Shown: positions 9,856-21,492, numbered from the stretch's first letter. The stretch: DNA of 64,000 bases from Bacteroidota bacterium (GCA_029571985.1 JAKQVC010000194.1:9139-73138), one strand, 5' to 3'. Notes: generated from the sequence alone by a model not told the origin. Made by a program: numbers and translations.

Positions 9856-12189
9856 GTGAAATCAAGACTACTCTCTGTATTTCTGACGGTATTTTCGTCA
9901 GGAATTATATCTCCATTGTTAGCGCAGGTGTATACCATTAGCGGCTATGTAACGGATGCAGCATCCGGTGAAAACCTCATCAGTGCTACTATAGTAGACA
10001 AACGCGATTATGCGGGAGCCGTTGCCAATAATTATGGATTCTTCAGTTTAACCGTTCCTGCAGGAGATTTAACGGTGTTGTGTTCCTATATTGGTTATAC
10101 CACCCAGGAAAAAGCGATTTCATTAAAGGGCGATACCACCATTCATTTTACACTTCAGGCATCAGCCGAATTAGAAGAGGTGGTTGTGCAGGCCGAACGT
10201 TCGGGTGAACAATTTCAGGAGCGCACGCAAATGAGTACGATTGAAATTCCCATAGAGCAAATAAAAGCGTTGCCTGCATTTTTAGGTGAGGTTGATGTGC
10301 TGAAAACATTGCAATTATTACCCGGTGTTTCCGGAGGTACGGAGGGCACGAGTGGATTTTTTGTTCGTGGAGGATCCCCTGATCAGAATTTAATTTTGCT
10401 GGATGGCGTGCCTGTTTATAATGCTTCCCATTTATTTGGATTCTTCAGCGTGTTTAATGCAGACGCGATTAATAAAGTTACTTTAATTAAGGGCGGATTT
10501 CCGGCGCGATATGGCGGACGATTATCCAGTGTGGTTGATATCCGCATGAAAGAGGGCAATATGCAATCCTTTCACGGTGAGGGCAGCATCGGATTAGTGG
10601 CAAGCCGGCTGACATTAGAAGGCCCTATTATTAAAAACAAAACCTCTTTTATTGTTTCTGCACGTCGCACGTATATCGATTTAATTGCCCGTCCATTTAT
10701 GGATTTAGAAAATGGCGACAGGCAGGGTTATTATTTCTATGATTTAAATGCAAAAATCAATCACAAATTTTCAGATAAAGACCGGTTATATATTAGCGGA
10801 TATTTTGGTCGCGATGAAGCTTACTTCACCAGCAAATATCAATATTCAGAAGACAGTGAACGCGAGGATGATTCAGGTTTATCGTGGGGTAATGCTACCG
10901 CTGTTGCGCGATGGAACCATGTAATCAATAAACGTATTTTCAGCAATCTGACGGCCACCTTTACTGATTATTCTTTTCAGATTTACAGCAACAATGAAGA
11001 GATTTTTGAGGACGGCACAACTTCATCCTTTGGCTTTCGATATTTTTCCGGTATTAGTGACTGGAGTTTAAAATATGATGTTGATTTTATTCCACGTCCC
11101 AACCATTATTTAGTATTTGGGGCATCAGCCACTTACCATACTTTCAGACCAGGCGCCAGTCAATTTGAATCGAACAGTCCGGATTTTGAGTTCCCTGATG
11201 TTGAGTTAGGTTCGGCAAATGTGTATGCAACCGAACTGGATGTATTTGCTGAAGATGATTGGGAGATCAACCCCAAGTGGAAAGTGAATTACGGTTTACA
11301 CACAAGTGGTTTTTATGTAAATGAAACCTTTTACCCTTCCCTTCAACCGCGCATTAGCGGCCGTTATTTAATTAACGAATCTTTATCAGTGAAGGCATCC
11401 TTTGCAACGATGACACAATTTATTCATTTACTTACAAACAGTGGCATTGGTCTTCCAACGGATCTATGGGTGCCGGCAACGGATAGTGTGCCACCACAAA
11501 ACAGCTGGCAACCAGCTTTAGGTATTGCCTGGCAGTTTAAAGAAGGTTATGAAGTGAGCGTTGAAACATACTACAAAAAAATAAACGGCATTATTGATTA
11601 TAAAGATGGTGCCAGTTATCTGGAGGATGGATTTGAAGACTGGCAAAGCAAAGTTGAAAGTGGAGAAGCCCAGGCATATGGAGCAGAATTTTTTATTCAG
11701 AAACGTCACGGCGATTTAACCGGATGGGTAGGCTATACTTTATCGTGGAGTAATCGTCAATTCCCGACAATCAATTTAGGAGAGCGTTATCCATTTAAAT
11801 ATGATCGCAGGCATGATTTTGAAATTGCCGCTGTTTATCAAATTAATGACCACATTTCTGTATCGGGCACATGGGTGTATAGTAGCGGACAACCCATTAG
11901 TTTGCCAATTGCTAAATACGAAGGTTTATATGGACAAACTTTGTTTGCTTACGAGGGCAGGAATGGATATCGCATGCCGGATTATCATCGCTTAGATGCC
12001 AATATTTCTTTCACTAAACAAAAAGAAAAATATGAACGCACCTGGAATATTGGTGTATACAATGCCTATAACCGTTATAATCCCTTCTTCGTGTATGTAG
12101 CCTATGATTATTTGACGAACACGAATAATTACACACAGGTGAGTTTATTTCCCATCATTCCAAATGTTTCTTATGAATTTAAATTTTAA
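9856..12189 (+). CDS. TonB-dependent receptor with a CarboxypepD_reg-like N-terminal domain
   Basis: TISGYVTDAASGENL; plug GEVDVLKTLQLLPGV...VRGGSPDQNLILLDGVPVYN; GGFPARYGGRLSSV; C-terminal YEFKF. Confidence 0.93.
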   Translation: MKSRLLSVFLTVFSSGIISPLLAQVYTISGYVTDAASGENLISATIVDKRDYAGAVANNYGFFSLTVPAGDLTVLCSYIGYTTQEKAISLKGDTTIHFTLQASAELEEVVVQAERSGEQFQERTQMSTIEIPIEQIKALPAFLGEVDVLKTLQLLPGVSGGTEGTSGFFVRGGSPDQNLILLDGVPVYNASHLFGFFSVFNADAINKVTLIKGGFPARYGGRLSSVVDIRMKEGNMQSFHGEGSIGLVASRLTLEGPIIKNKTSFIVSARRTYIDLIARPFMDLENGDRQGYYFYDLNAKINHKFSDKDRLYISGYFGRDEAYFTSKYQYSEDSEREDDSGLSWGNATAVARWNHVINKRIFSNLTATFTDYSFQIYSNNEEIFEDGTTSSFGFRYFSGISDWSLKYDVDFIPRPNHYLVFGASATYHTFRPGASQFESNSPDFEFPDVELGSANVYATELDVFAEDDWEINPKWKVNYGLHTSGFYVNETFYPSLQPRISGRYLINESLSVKASFATMTQFIHLLTNSGIGLPTDLWVPATDSVPPQNSWQPALGIAWQFKEGYEVSVETYYKKINGIIDYKDGASYLEDGFEDWQSKVESGEAQAYGAEFFIQKRHGDLTGWVGYTLSWSNRQFPTINLGERYPFKYDRRHDFEIAAVYQINDHISVSGTWVYSSGQPISLPIAKYEGLYGQTLFAYEGRNGYRMPDYHRLDANISFTKQKEKYERTWNIGVYNAYNRYNPFFVYVAYDYLTNTNNYTQVSLFPIIPNVSYEFKF

Positions 12190-12193
12190 TCCG

Positions 12194-13138
12194 ATGCGTT
12201 TATTTTCCATTTTTGTTTTGGTGGCTGCTATTGGTTTTAGTGGTTGTGAAAAAGTGATTTACCTGGAAGTAGAAACGCAGGAAAATAAACTCGTAGTAAA
12301 CACCACACTTGCACCAGGCGATTATGCCTCTTCACGTGTAACATTAAGTGCAGACCCGTTGGCATTAAGTTTTGATGGATTAGGTGTTTCAGATGCTACC
12401 GTAACGATAACCAGAAATGGAAACACCTCTTTTGTTTTAGATAATTATGGCGATGGCGCCTACGGTCTGGAGCCGGAAGCGCATTTGGTAGAGCCGGGTG
12501 ATGCATTAACCATGACGGTTACTGCACCAGGGAAGGATCCCGTTGAAGCAAGCACTACCATACCGAATCTGGTACCCATTACATCAGTTCAAATTTTAGA
12601 TACAACCTATAAAACCTATAGTTATTCTTCAGTTGATCCCGACGGTAATATTGTGATCATTGACACCTTAATTCCCTACTATCAAATTGAGCTGATTTTT
12701 ACCGACCCGGAAGAATCAAACCAATACGGATTGACTATATTATATGAAGATGCCGTATTTACTGTAAATGCCTGCTTCACAACCAGTAATCCAATTTTTG
12801 GTTTAGATAATAGTTGGGTATCTAACAACCTGGAGGAGAACGGCGAGGTGACCATATGCGATGAAATACGTTTCCCTGATTATGCGAATAATGGACAGGA
12901 AATCAGAATCGTTGTTGATGTTTTCGCCATTGAAACCTTGTTCGCAACAGAGCCTAAATTTAAATTTGTGTTATCTAATTTGAGCGACGAATATTATTCT
13001 TATCTGGCATCTTCCATGTTACAGGAAGGCAGTAATGGAGACCCCTTTAGTGAACCTGTTGTCGTGTATTCAAATATTCAGGGAGGCTTTGGCATATTTG
13101 CCGGGTTTACCAAAAGTATTGCAGAAATCGCATTGTAA
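12194..13138 (+). CDS. DUF4249-family lipoprotein (TonB receptor partner)
   Basis: Lipobox FSGCEK, C-terminal PFSEPVVVYSNIQGGFGIFAG, directly after the receptor. ATG 12194 preferred over the ORF-track start. Confidence 0.85.
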   Translation: MRLFSIFVLVAAIGFSGCEKVIYLEVETQENKLVVNTTLAPGDYASSRVTLSADPLALSFDGLGVSDATVTITRNGNTSFVLDNYGDGAYGLEPEAHLVEPGDALTMTVTAPGKDPVEASTTIPNLVPITSVQILDTTYKTYSYSSVDPDGNIVIIDTLIPYYQIELIFTDPEESNQYGLTILYEDAVFTVNACFTTSNPIFGLDNSWVSNNLEENGEVTICDEIRFPDYANNGQEIRIVVDVFAIETLFATEPKFKFVLSNLSDEYYSYLASSMLQEGSNGDPFSEPVVVYSNIQGGFGIFAGFTKSIAEIAL

Positions 13139-13225
13139 TCACAATACGCCCCTTCTTAGCGTTAGAAAAGTGGGGCGTAGGTATATACAGTTGTTTTTCA
13201 TTTAATCATCATTAAACTATCTGCT

Positions 13226-13939
13226 ATGAAAAAGCTTCTCAGTATTTGTTTTGCATCAGCCTGTATGTTTGCGGTACAGGGTCAATCAACAACACCTGTA
13301 TATCTGACCCAGCCTGAGGTTCCCTATATTGAAGTTCGCGGAAGTGCTGAAATGGAAATAATACCAGATGAAATATATGTTTCCGTAACATTACAGGAGC
13401 GCTTCGATGGCCGAACCAAAGTGACGATGGGCGAGCAGGAACAAAAATTCATGGATGGTATTACGGCATTAGGCATTCCCAAATCAGATGTGAGTTTGAG
13501 TGATGCAGATGCAGATTTTGAAAAGTTTTTATTGAAAGAAGATGCGTCTTTAACCTCCAAGAACTATTTGGTTTTAGTTCATACGGCAGAAATGGTATCC
13601 AAGCTGTATAGTAAGCTTGCAGAAATAGATGCTGAGAATGCCTATATCGCGAAATTAAGTCATTCAAAAATTGAAGAATATCGCAAAGAGGTTAAAATCA
13701 ATGCCATAAAAGCTACACACGAAAAAGCCGGATATTTACTTGAAGCAATCGGAGAAGAACTTGGTCAGCCCTTGGAAATAACTGAAATATCAGAAACCCC
13801 CGAGAAGAAAACATACGGCTATTCGCAATATGCCAATACAAATTATAGTATGGATGCTTTTTCGCCGGATTTAAGCGGAATTGGATTTGAAAAAATTAAA
13901 TTGCGGTATGAGTTTTATGGGAAGTTTGCGATAAAATAA
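13226..13939 (+). CDS. SIMPL (DUF541) domain periplasmic protein
   Basis: Signal peptide; IEVRGSAEMEIIPDEI; NAIKATHEKAGYLLEAIGEELG. Confidence 0.85.
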   Translation: MKKLLSICFASACMFAVQGQSTTPVYLTQPEVPYIEVRGSAEMEIIPDEIYVSVTLQERFDGRTKVTMGEQEQKFMDGITALGIPKSDVSLSDADADFEKFLLKEDASLTSKNYLVLVHTAEMVSKLYSKLAEIDAENAYIAKLSHSKIEEYRKEVKINAIKATHEKAGYLLEAIGEELGQPLEITEISETPEKKTYGYSQYANTNYSMDAFSPDLSGIGFEKIKLRYEFYGKFAIK

Positions 13940-13960
13940 ATTATTCAGAATCAACCAAAT

Positions 13961-13998
13961 AAAATGCCCGGATAGCAACGCACTATCCGGGCATTTTT
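13961..13998. terminator. Bidirectional terminator between convergent genes
   Basis: AAAATGCCCGGATAG-caacgca-CTATCCGGGCATTTTT. Confidence 0.9.
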
Positions 13999-14010
13999 AT
14001 ACACCATAGT

Positions 14011-14913
14011 TTACTTCAGCATAATTGCTTTAGAAGTTGAAAATTTCTCACCCGACACTTTTACAAGATATATGCCACCGGATGTCTGTAACTCGATTGG
14101 TGCAGATGCCTGGGCAAGGTTTGAACAATATATACGTTCGCCGCTCATTGTGAATACCTCAACCTGCAAATCGCCATTTGAAAGCACAGCATCACATTTA
14201 ATATAAATGAGATTATTATAACTATATATTTCAGCCTCTGGTTGCGCCTGGTGAATATCTGTGTAAGTTCCAGACGTTTGTCCGGTGAGAATAAACCGTT
14301 CGGGTTCTGACTCGTAGGCAAAATCGTGAATAATAAATTTACTTAAAGAATCTTCTACAGAGCAACGCACCCAACCATAATGCATGTTGCCGTCATCCGA
14401 TTTAAAGTGAACACCTATAAACTGTTCTGTCAAAACAGGAACCCAATGCCCAAGCGAATGCTCAACCTCATTATCATCAATCGTGCGCGCAATTAAACCC
14501 ATTACTTGCCAATCTGCATCCTGAAAACTCATCATAATGCCAACCGGATAATAAAACGGTATTGCATAAGGTCTGAAAGTATCAACCATTGAATACAAAA
14601 CAGAGCCATTATAAAACCAGCTGCCGGCCACTTCAACATTCACGGGATTGGGGAGTTCGAGATCCAATCGGTTTCCATAGAGTACCTGATAATAATCTGT
14701 AGCATAAATAAATCTATGCAACTCAAAATACAATTCATCGCTACCGTTCTGATCCAAATCTAAATAGGCAAAATCATCATCCAATTGCAAAACAGGATCG
14801 GGTTCAGGATTCGTGTAAATGATATCTGCAGAAACCTTAAAGCATGACAAAAGGGCTGAGGCCATAAGTCCATACTCTTTCAAGGTAAACCGAGCATTTG
14901 CCATGTGTTTCAT
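14011..14913 (-). CDS. T9SS type A sorting-domain secreted protein, function unknown
   Basis: Signal peptide, LDLDQNGSDE and HYGWVRC motifs, CTD-like end (VFTMSGERI...GGIYLVKV...KAIMLK). Confidence 0.75.
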   Translation of the reverse strand: MKHMANARFTLKEYGLMASALLSCFKVSADIIYTNPEPDPVLQLDDDFAYLDLDQNGSDELYFELHRFIYATDYYQVLYGNRLDLELPNPVNVEVAGSWFYNGSVLYSMVDTFRPYAIPFYYPVGIMMSFQDADWQVMGLIARTIDDNEVEHSLGHWVPVLTEQFIGVHFKSDDGNMHYGWVRCSVEDSLSKFIIHDFAYESEPERFILTGQTSGTYTDIHQAQPEAEIYSYNNLIYIKCDAVLSNGDLQVEVFTMSGERIYCSNLAQASAPIELQTSGGIYLVKVSGEKFSTSKAIMLK

Positions 14914-16787
14914 AAGATTATAAATTTAGTGTATACCTGTTTATCCCCTATTCCTAATTCAACAAAATACATACCTGATGCGGAAAGTGAAATTATTGTA
15001 TCTAAATGCTGCATGGCCGGCAATTCAAATACCAAATTTCCTAAAGCATCGAAAATCATACAATAATCAAATGCGCCAGGGTATAATAAGTGAACGTTAG
15101 AAACAGCAGGATTCGGAAATACCAAAATGGCAAGTTCATCATATGTTTGTCCGATAGTCCAGTTGTAAGGAGCACCCCAGCCAAAACATCCATCCTCAAA
15201 CTGCACATGCACCGAATACATACCGTACTCAAGCGGCAAATAAGTCTGATGAATAGCACCGGGTATAATAGTATTGTTGAAATACCATTGGTAGGCCAAA
15301 CCTTCAGGTGCCACCAATCCAAATTCCGTTAATGTTATCGGATAATCTAAAGTGCTGCAATCGGAAGACTTTGCAATAAAATAATCTGGTTGAGTAGACA
15401 ATTGAATATTGATTAAGGTATCCAATCCAAAAATTAAAGTATCCTGATATAATCTATTTTGGTAAATGATATTCCCATATGTATCCCACAAAACCCTTGG
15501 TGTGGATGGCCATTCCATTGGAATAAGAAAACCTGAAATTGGCTCTAGCGGCTCTTGAAAGGAAACAACCAAAGGATCGCAACAGGGTGGGTCTGCTACC
15601 AATGTATCACCATTGATTGGGAAACTATCGTACAAAATAACACCAATCGTAATGCGTCCTATAGGTGAAACAGCAAATGTCATTTCATCAGCTTCATAAT
15701 TACCGGGAATAGTATCAGCATATACAGGCAAACCCTGGTCACTCAAATGTGCCACAAACCGTTTTTCAGTTTCCAAAGCATTTATTGTATCGGCACCAAT
15801 AATTGCCATTTCATCTTCAATATTGCCCCATATATAGATTTCTTTTCCAAAAGGTTCGAAATCTAAAATAGATTCATTCTGAGCACAAATAGTTGTGGCA
15901 TATTCAACAGTACCTTGCCTGTTACATCGACCAACAAAATATTCATCATGCCAGGGAGCAGATAATACGAGTGTGATGTTTCCAATTGAATACGTATCTA
16001 TATCAAATCCCCCAGAAAAGTAAACGTCCCCCAGATTATTGCCTTCGATACTAAAGTCCTCCGTGCGTTCGTCTAAAAGAAAAGCCCAGTCGGCAGCGTT
16101 GGCCTCATTGAAATGAGCGATAAACGGTTTTGTTTTTTCTTCTTCATTTACCAAAACGTATCCTCCTAAATCAAGAGAGAGGCACCAACTTTTCATTATA
16201 CCAGCCAGAAAAAATCCACCTACAGCATCGCTCTCAATTCCTATGGGTTCAAAATCGGAACCGGTAAAAAGATGATACCATTCCAGGACTCCATCAGCTT
16301 TAAACTTCAATATAAAATTAAATTCACCTGCATCCGGGAGATACAATTTATGGTCATCTACCCATAATTCACCACTATTACATGCACCTAGAACATACAC
16401 ACCACCATCTATTCCAAATTGAGCCGAAATAATCTCTACCTCACTTAATGCGTATGGCGATTGATAATTATGCATCAGCTTCAGCCAGCGCAAGGAACCA
16501 TCTGAATTAATTACCGCTAAATAATCATTAAAAATTGAAAATTCATCGGTATTAATCAGCATGTAATCTCTAATAACAATTGCCGGACTTTCAGTATTAC
16601 CCGCAATGAGTACATTACCCTTATGATCTGTGTCGATAATAGAAATGGGGTCATTTTGAGTCCCATGCACTGAAACACCCCAGCTCCAATTTGGTATCTG
16701 AGCAAGTGCTGGTTTAATAAGATCTAAACAGCACATCAGGCAGCAAAAGGCAAGCCTGGAAATAAAAAAACCCCGTCTATGGTTCAT
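14910..16787 (-). CDS. T9SS-secreted protein with beta-propeller-like (SBBP-like) repeats
   Basis: Repeats such as DHKGNVLIAG, FILKFKADGVLEW and GDVYFSGGF; YQWYFNNTIIPGA Ig-like segment; CTD VFPNPA...SGMYFVEL...KFIIL. Confidence 0.8.
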   Translation of the reverse strand: MNHRRGFFISRLAFCCLMCCLDLIKPALAQIPNWSWGVSVHGTQNDPISIIDTDHKGNVLIAGNTESPAIVIRDYMLINTDEFSIFNDYLAVINSDGSLRWLKLMHNYQSPYALSEVEIISAQFGIDGGVYVLGACNSGELWVDDHKLYLPDAGEFNFILKFKADGVLEWYHLFTGSDFEPIGIESDAVGGFFLAGIMKSWCLSLDLGGYVLVNEEEKTKPFIAHFNEANAADWAFLLDERTEDFSIEGNNLGDVYFSGGFDIDTYSIGNITLVLSAPWHDEYFVGRCNRQGTVEYATTICAQNESILDFEPFGKEIYIWGNIEDEMAIIGADTINALETEKRFVAHLSDQGLPVYADTIPGNYEADEMTFAVSPIGRITIGVILYDSFPINGDTLVADPPCCDPLVVSFQEPLEPISGFLIPMEWPSTPRVLWDTYGNIIYQNRLYQDTLIFGLDTLINIQLSTQPDYFIAKSSDCSTLDYPITLTEFGLVAPEGLAYQWYFNNTIIPGAIHQTYLPLEYGMYSVHVQFEDGCFGWGAPYNWTIGQTYDELAILVFPNPAVSNVHLLYPGAFDYCMIFDALGNLVFELPAMQHLDTIISLSASGMYFVELGIGDKQVYTKFIIL

Positions 16788-16830
16788 GAGCAGGTTTTTT
16801 TAAATAGTGATGGAACAATCGAAGGTATAC

Positions 16831-16864
16831 AAAAAAAAGAAGCCTTCGGTTAAGAAGACTTCTA
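16831..16864 (-). terminator. Probable terminator after atpC
   Basis: Imperfect hairpin AGAAGTCTTC/GAAGGCTTCT followed by a T run on the minus strand. Confidence 0.65.
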
Positions 16865-16889
16865 TTTCTTTAAACAGGTTGTATGCAGC

Positions 16890-17138
16890 TTATGCTTTCT
16901 CCACTCCCTCGACCAGCACACTCACCGTATTATTTACCACCTCAACGAAACCACCTTTAATGGTGTAGATGATATTTTCTTTGCCGGTATTCACACGCAT
17001 TTTCCCGGTTGCCAGGGCGGCAATCATCGGTGCGTGGTTGTTCAACACTTCAAAAGATCCGGTGATACCGGGCATTTGAACGCCTACGGCTTCTCCACTA
17101 TAAATCTTTTTCTCAGGTGAAAGGATTTCGAGTTGCAT
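16890..17138 (-). CDS. atpC: F1Fo ATP synthase epsilon subunit (short Bacteroidota form)
   Basis: LEILSPEK...PGITGSFEVLNNHAPMIA...GGFVEV; follows atpD. Confidence 0.95.
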   Translation of the reverse strand: MQLEILSPEKKIYSGEAVGVQMPGITGSFEVLNNHAPMIAALATGKMRVNTGKENIIYTIKGGFVEVVNNTVSVLVEGVEKA

Positions 17139-17160
17139 ACTATACGTTTACCTGATTGGA

Positions 17161-18678
<1,518 letters not shown>

Positions 18679-18704
18679 TTAATGTACGTTTTTGAAATCC
18701 GCCG

Positions 18705-18735
18705 CAAAGATAGGGGTTTGTTGTTAAATGGACAA
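18705..18735 (-). promoter_or_regulatory. atpD promoter (-33 TTG / -7 TATCTTTG)
   Basis: Minus strand: TTG at 18735-18733, 20-nt spacer, TATCTTTG at 18712-18705. Confidence 0.75.
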
Positions 18736-18750
18736 GAAAAGTGTTTGGAA

Positions 18751-19125
18751 GTGCGGAGGTGGAATGCAGAAGGTGTCGACGTGTCGACGTTCCGACGTGT
18801 CGACGTGGAATGCAGGTGTGTAAGTGTGGTCCGCCGTACGGCGGATGGTGTGTGGAAGTGTGCGAATGGAGGAGGTGTTGACGTGCGGAGGTGCGGACGG
18901 AATGCAGAAGGTGTCGACGTGTCGACGTTCCGACGTGTCGACGTGGAATGCAGGTGTGTAAGTGTGGTCCGCCGTACGGCGGATGGTGTGTGGAAGTGTG
19001 CGAATGGAGGAGGTGTTGACGTGCGGAGGTGCGGACGTGCGGAGGTGCGGACGTGCGGAGGTGCGGACGTGAATGCAACTGTGTTCAGGTGTTTCCGCCA
19101 TACGGCGGATTCAGGTGTTCAGGTT
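18751..19125. repeat. Octamer-based tandem repeat region with an exact 138-bp duplication and three embedded palindromes
   Basis: Units GTGTCGAC, GTGCGGAG, GTGCGGAC, GTGTTCAG. 18761-18898 is repeated at 18899-19036. TCCGCCGTACGGCGGA at 18830 and 18968; TCCGCCATACGGCGGA at 19094. Confidence 0.95.
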
Positions 19126-19166
19126 AGTAAAATTCAATATGGCCACATAGGGAAGACAAAACCACT

Positions 19167-19302
19167 AACCAGCCCCATCGGGACGACACATTCACTATCA
19201 AGCCATAGCCGCGTCTTATAACCTCCAACCAGCCCCAGGGGGGCGACACATCCACTAACAGGACTATACAGCAATAAAAAACAGCCCCATCGGGGCGACA
19301 CA
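19167..19302 (+). repeat. Three spaced REP-like repeats, consensus CAGCCCCATCGGGGCGACACA
   Basis: Cores start at 19171, 19231 and 19283 (periods 60 and 52), each with a GCCCC-nnn-GGGGC-type hairpin and unrelated intervening sequence. Confidence 0.85.
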
Positions 19303-19445
19303 ACGGCCCTTGTGAAACTACCCCGTCTATCGCAACCAAACTTTGCGGTCACATGTGAAGCAGAATTATTTATTGGTTACGAACCACTTTACCATATCAA
19401 TGCAATCACAGTATTTAATCCCCTTAAGTACATTATGGAAATAAT

Positions 19446-20663
19446 TTGGCCAAAAAGCGGAACTTTGCAACGGGCATACCTTTTAGTGTGTCTGTGCCGT
19501 TAATGATGGAACTATTCCGCATGTTTGACAGTCGAGGGGGTGCCCGTGTGTTGTCGCCGAAAAGGTTGGTAACCGTTTTTTTCGTCTTGGTTTGTTTGAT
19601 GAGCTTGTCTGCAAATTGCTTCGGACAAACAACTGCCGTTCCGGTAGATTCAACCCGAAAAAAAGGTAAATTTTTTCCTTCTCCCCTACTTGGATATACA
19701 CCTGAAACCAAATGGTATTTCGGAGCCGGTTTTGTGTGGTATTTACCTCCATCAAAAAAATTCCCGAACAGTAACCCTTCTGTTATTAAAGCCGTTGCTG
19801 TTTATACCACCAACAAACAAATCGAAAGTAATATTAACGGAGAAAGCTGGTTCAGAAATAATTTGTACAAACTGGATTATTCGACCAGCTACTATAAATT
19901 CCCCAATGCTTTTTATGGTATCGGAAATAATACCTTAATCAGCAACCGGGAAACGTATGGGTTTGATTTCTTCAATATTTTACTCAATGCCCAGCGACGC
20001 ACACTCGGGAAATATTTTGTGGGCGGACGATTGTTTTTAGAACACACCGATATGTATGATATCCAGCCCGGCGGGTATTTTGATTCGGTGGAGATTACAG
20101 GAGAAGACGGCGGATTAAATACCGGATTAGGGCCCTGGATTACTTATGATACACGTGATAATATTTATTTTCCGGTTAAAGGAATGCTAGCCAATATTTC
20201 GGCTGTTGCGCACACAAAGTATTTGGGTAGTGCTTACGATTACATGCATTATGAATTCGAATACAGCAAATTCATGAAAATTTTTAAAAACGATGTATTT
20301 GCTTTTAATGCCTATGTTGAATGTGTACCGGGTGATGCCCCATTTAACCGACTGGCCGAATTAGGTGGTGATAAAAATATGCGCGGCCATTTTGAAGGTA
20401 GGTATCGCGATGTGAACTATGCAACCCTGCAAGCTGAATATCGGGCCACTTTGTGGAAATATTTTGGCTTTACCGTGTTTGGCGGAATCGGAGAAGTTGC
20501 CCATACATTTAATGATTTTTCATTGAGCGGTTTAAAGTATAGCTACGGCGTAGGCGGCCGTTTATTCATCGTACCTGAAGACAAGGTGAGCCTGCGTGTG
20601 GATTATGGTTTTGATGGAGAAGGCCATGACGGTGTATATATTACCTTCCGAGAGGCCTTTTAG
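19446..20663 (+). CDS. BamA/TamA (Omp85) family outer-membrane beta-barrel lacking POTRA domains
   Basis: GYTPET, YDTRDN, LGGDKNMRGH...GRYRD, GVGGR, RVDYG, C-terminal EAF. The true start is probably downstream (19503 or later), since a -7-like GAACTTTG lies at 19460. Confidence 0.85.
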   Translation: MAKKRNFATGIPFSVSVPLMMELFRMFDSRGGARVLSPKRLVTVFFVLVCLMSLSANCFGQTTAVPVDSTRKKGKFFPSPLLGYTPETKWYFGAGFVWYLPPSKKFPNSNPSVIKAVAVYTTNKQIESNINGESWFRNNLYKLDYSTSYYKFPNAFYGIGNNTLISNRETYGFDFFNILLNAQRRTLGKYFVGGRLFLEHTDMYDIQPGGYFDSVEITGEDGGLNTGLGPWITYDTRDNIYFPVKGMLANISAVAHTKYLGSAYDYMHYEFEYSKFMKIFKNDVFAFNAYVECVPGDAPFNRLAELGGDKNMRGHFEGRYRDVNYATLQAEYRATLWKYFGFTVFGGIGEVAHTFNDFSLSGLKYSYGVGGRLFIVPEDKVSLRVDYGFDGEGHDGVYITFREAF

Positions 20664-20739
20664 CGATTTCAGACACAACGGCACATTCCTGTGGGTGATG
20701 AGTCTGGAATTGATGTGACAATACCTTATTTTTACGGCA

Positions 20740-21492
20740 ATGCAAATAGAGTTTAACCTGTTTTACCACCTCGGAAAATTCCTGATCATGATCAGACGCA
20801 TGTTTTCGCGTCCTGAACGTTGGCAAATGTTTATCCGGGAGTTTTTCCGTCAAATGGTAGATATCGGTGTTGGCTCAGCTTTTATTGTACTTTTAGTTTC
20901 CATTTTTATCGGTGCGGTAACAGCCGTGCAAACAGCCTATCAGTTATACGGTACACCATTTGTTCCCTCATCATATATTGGATTGATTGTACGGAATACG
21001 GTAATTTTTGAATTAGCCCCAACCTTTACTGCATTAATTCTCGCCGGAAAAGTGGGATCTAACCTGGCATCAGAATTAGGTTCAATGCGTGTTACTGAGC
21101 AAATTGATGCTTTAGAAATCATGGGCGTGAATACAGAAAGTTATTTGATAGCCACACGGATTTTTGCCGCATTGGTTACCATTCCAATCCTGGTTGCCAT
21201 TGCCAGCTTCGCAGGTATAATGGGCGGTTACGCTGCTACTGCGGCCGGCTCTTATTATAATGTTGAAGATTATGTGCAGGGCATCCGGATGTTTTTTCAT
21301 CCCTTTGATGTACAGTTAATGTTTATCAAATCATTCGCCTTCTCCTTTATCGTATCCTCCATTTCGTGCTACATGGGTTATTATGTGCAGGGAGGTAGTG
21401 TAGAAATAGGACGTGCAAGCACAAAGGCGGTAGTATATAGTTGCATTTTTGTTTTACTGGCAGATTATGTGATAGCAGAATTATTGCTGTGA
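20740..21492 (+). CDS. mlaE: MlaE-family ABC permease
   Basis: AGKVGSNLASELGSMRVTEQIDALEIMG; GGSVEIGRASTKAVV. Confidence 0.92.
   Translation: MQIEFNLFYHLGKFLIMIRRMFSRPERWQMFIREFFRQMVDIGVGSAFIVLLVSIFIGAVTAVQTAYQLYGTPFVPSSYIGLIVRNTVIFELAPTFTALILAGKVGSNLASELGSMRVTEQIDALEIMGVNTESYLIATRIFAALVTIPILVAIASFAGIMGGYAATAAGSYYNVEDYVQGIRMFFHPFDVQLMFIKSFAFSFIVSSISCYMGYYVQGGSVEIGRASTKAVVYSCIFVLLADYVIAELLL

Noticed and set aside
13146-13179. Hairpin TACGCCCC...GGGGCGTA after the DUF4249 gene
   Set aside because: No adjacent U-tract and a single copy; may be a stabilising stem, but unsupported.
19167-19302. CRISPR array call
   Set aside because: Only three degenerate repeats with unequal periods and no cas genes; kept as a REP-like repeat.
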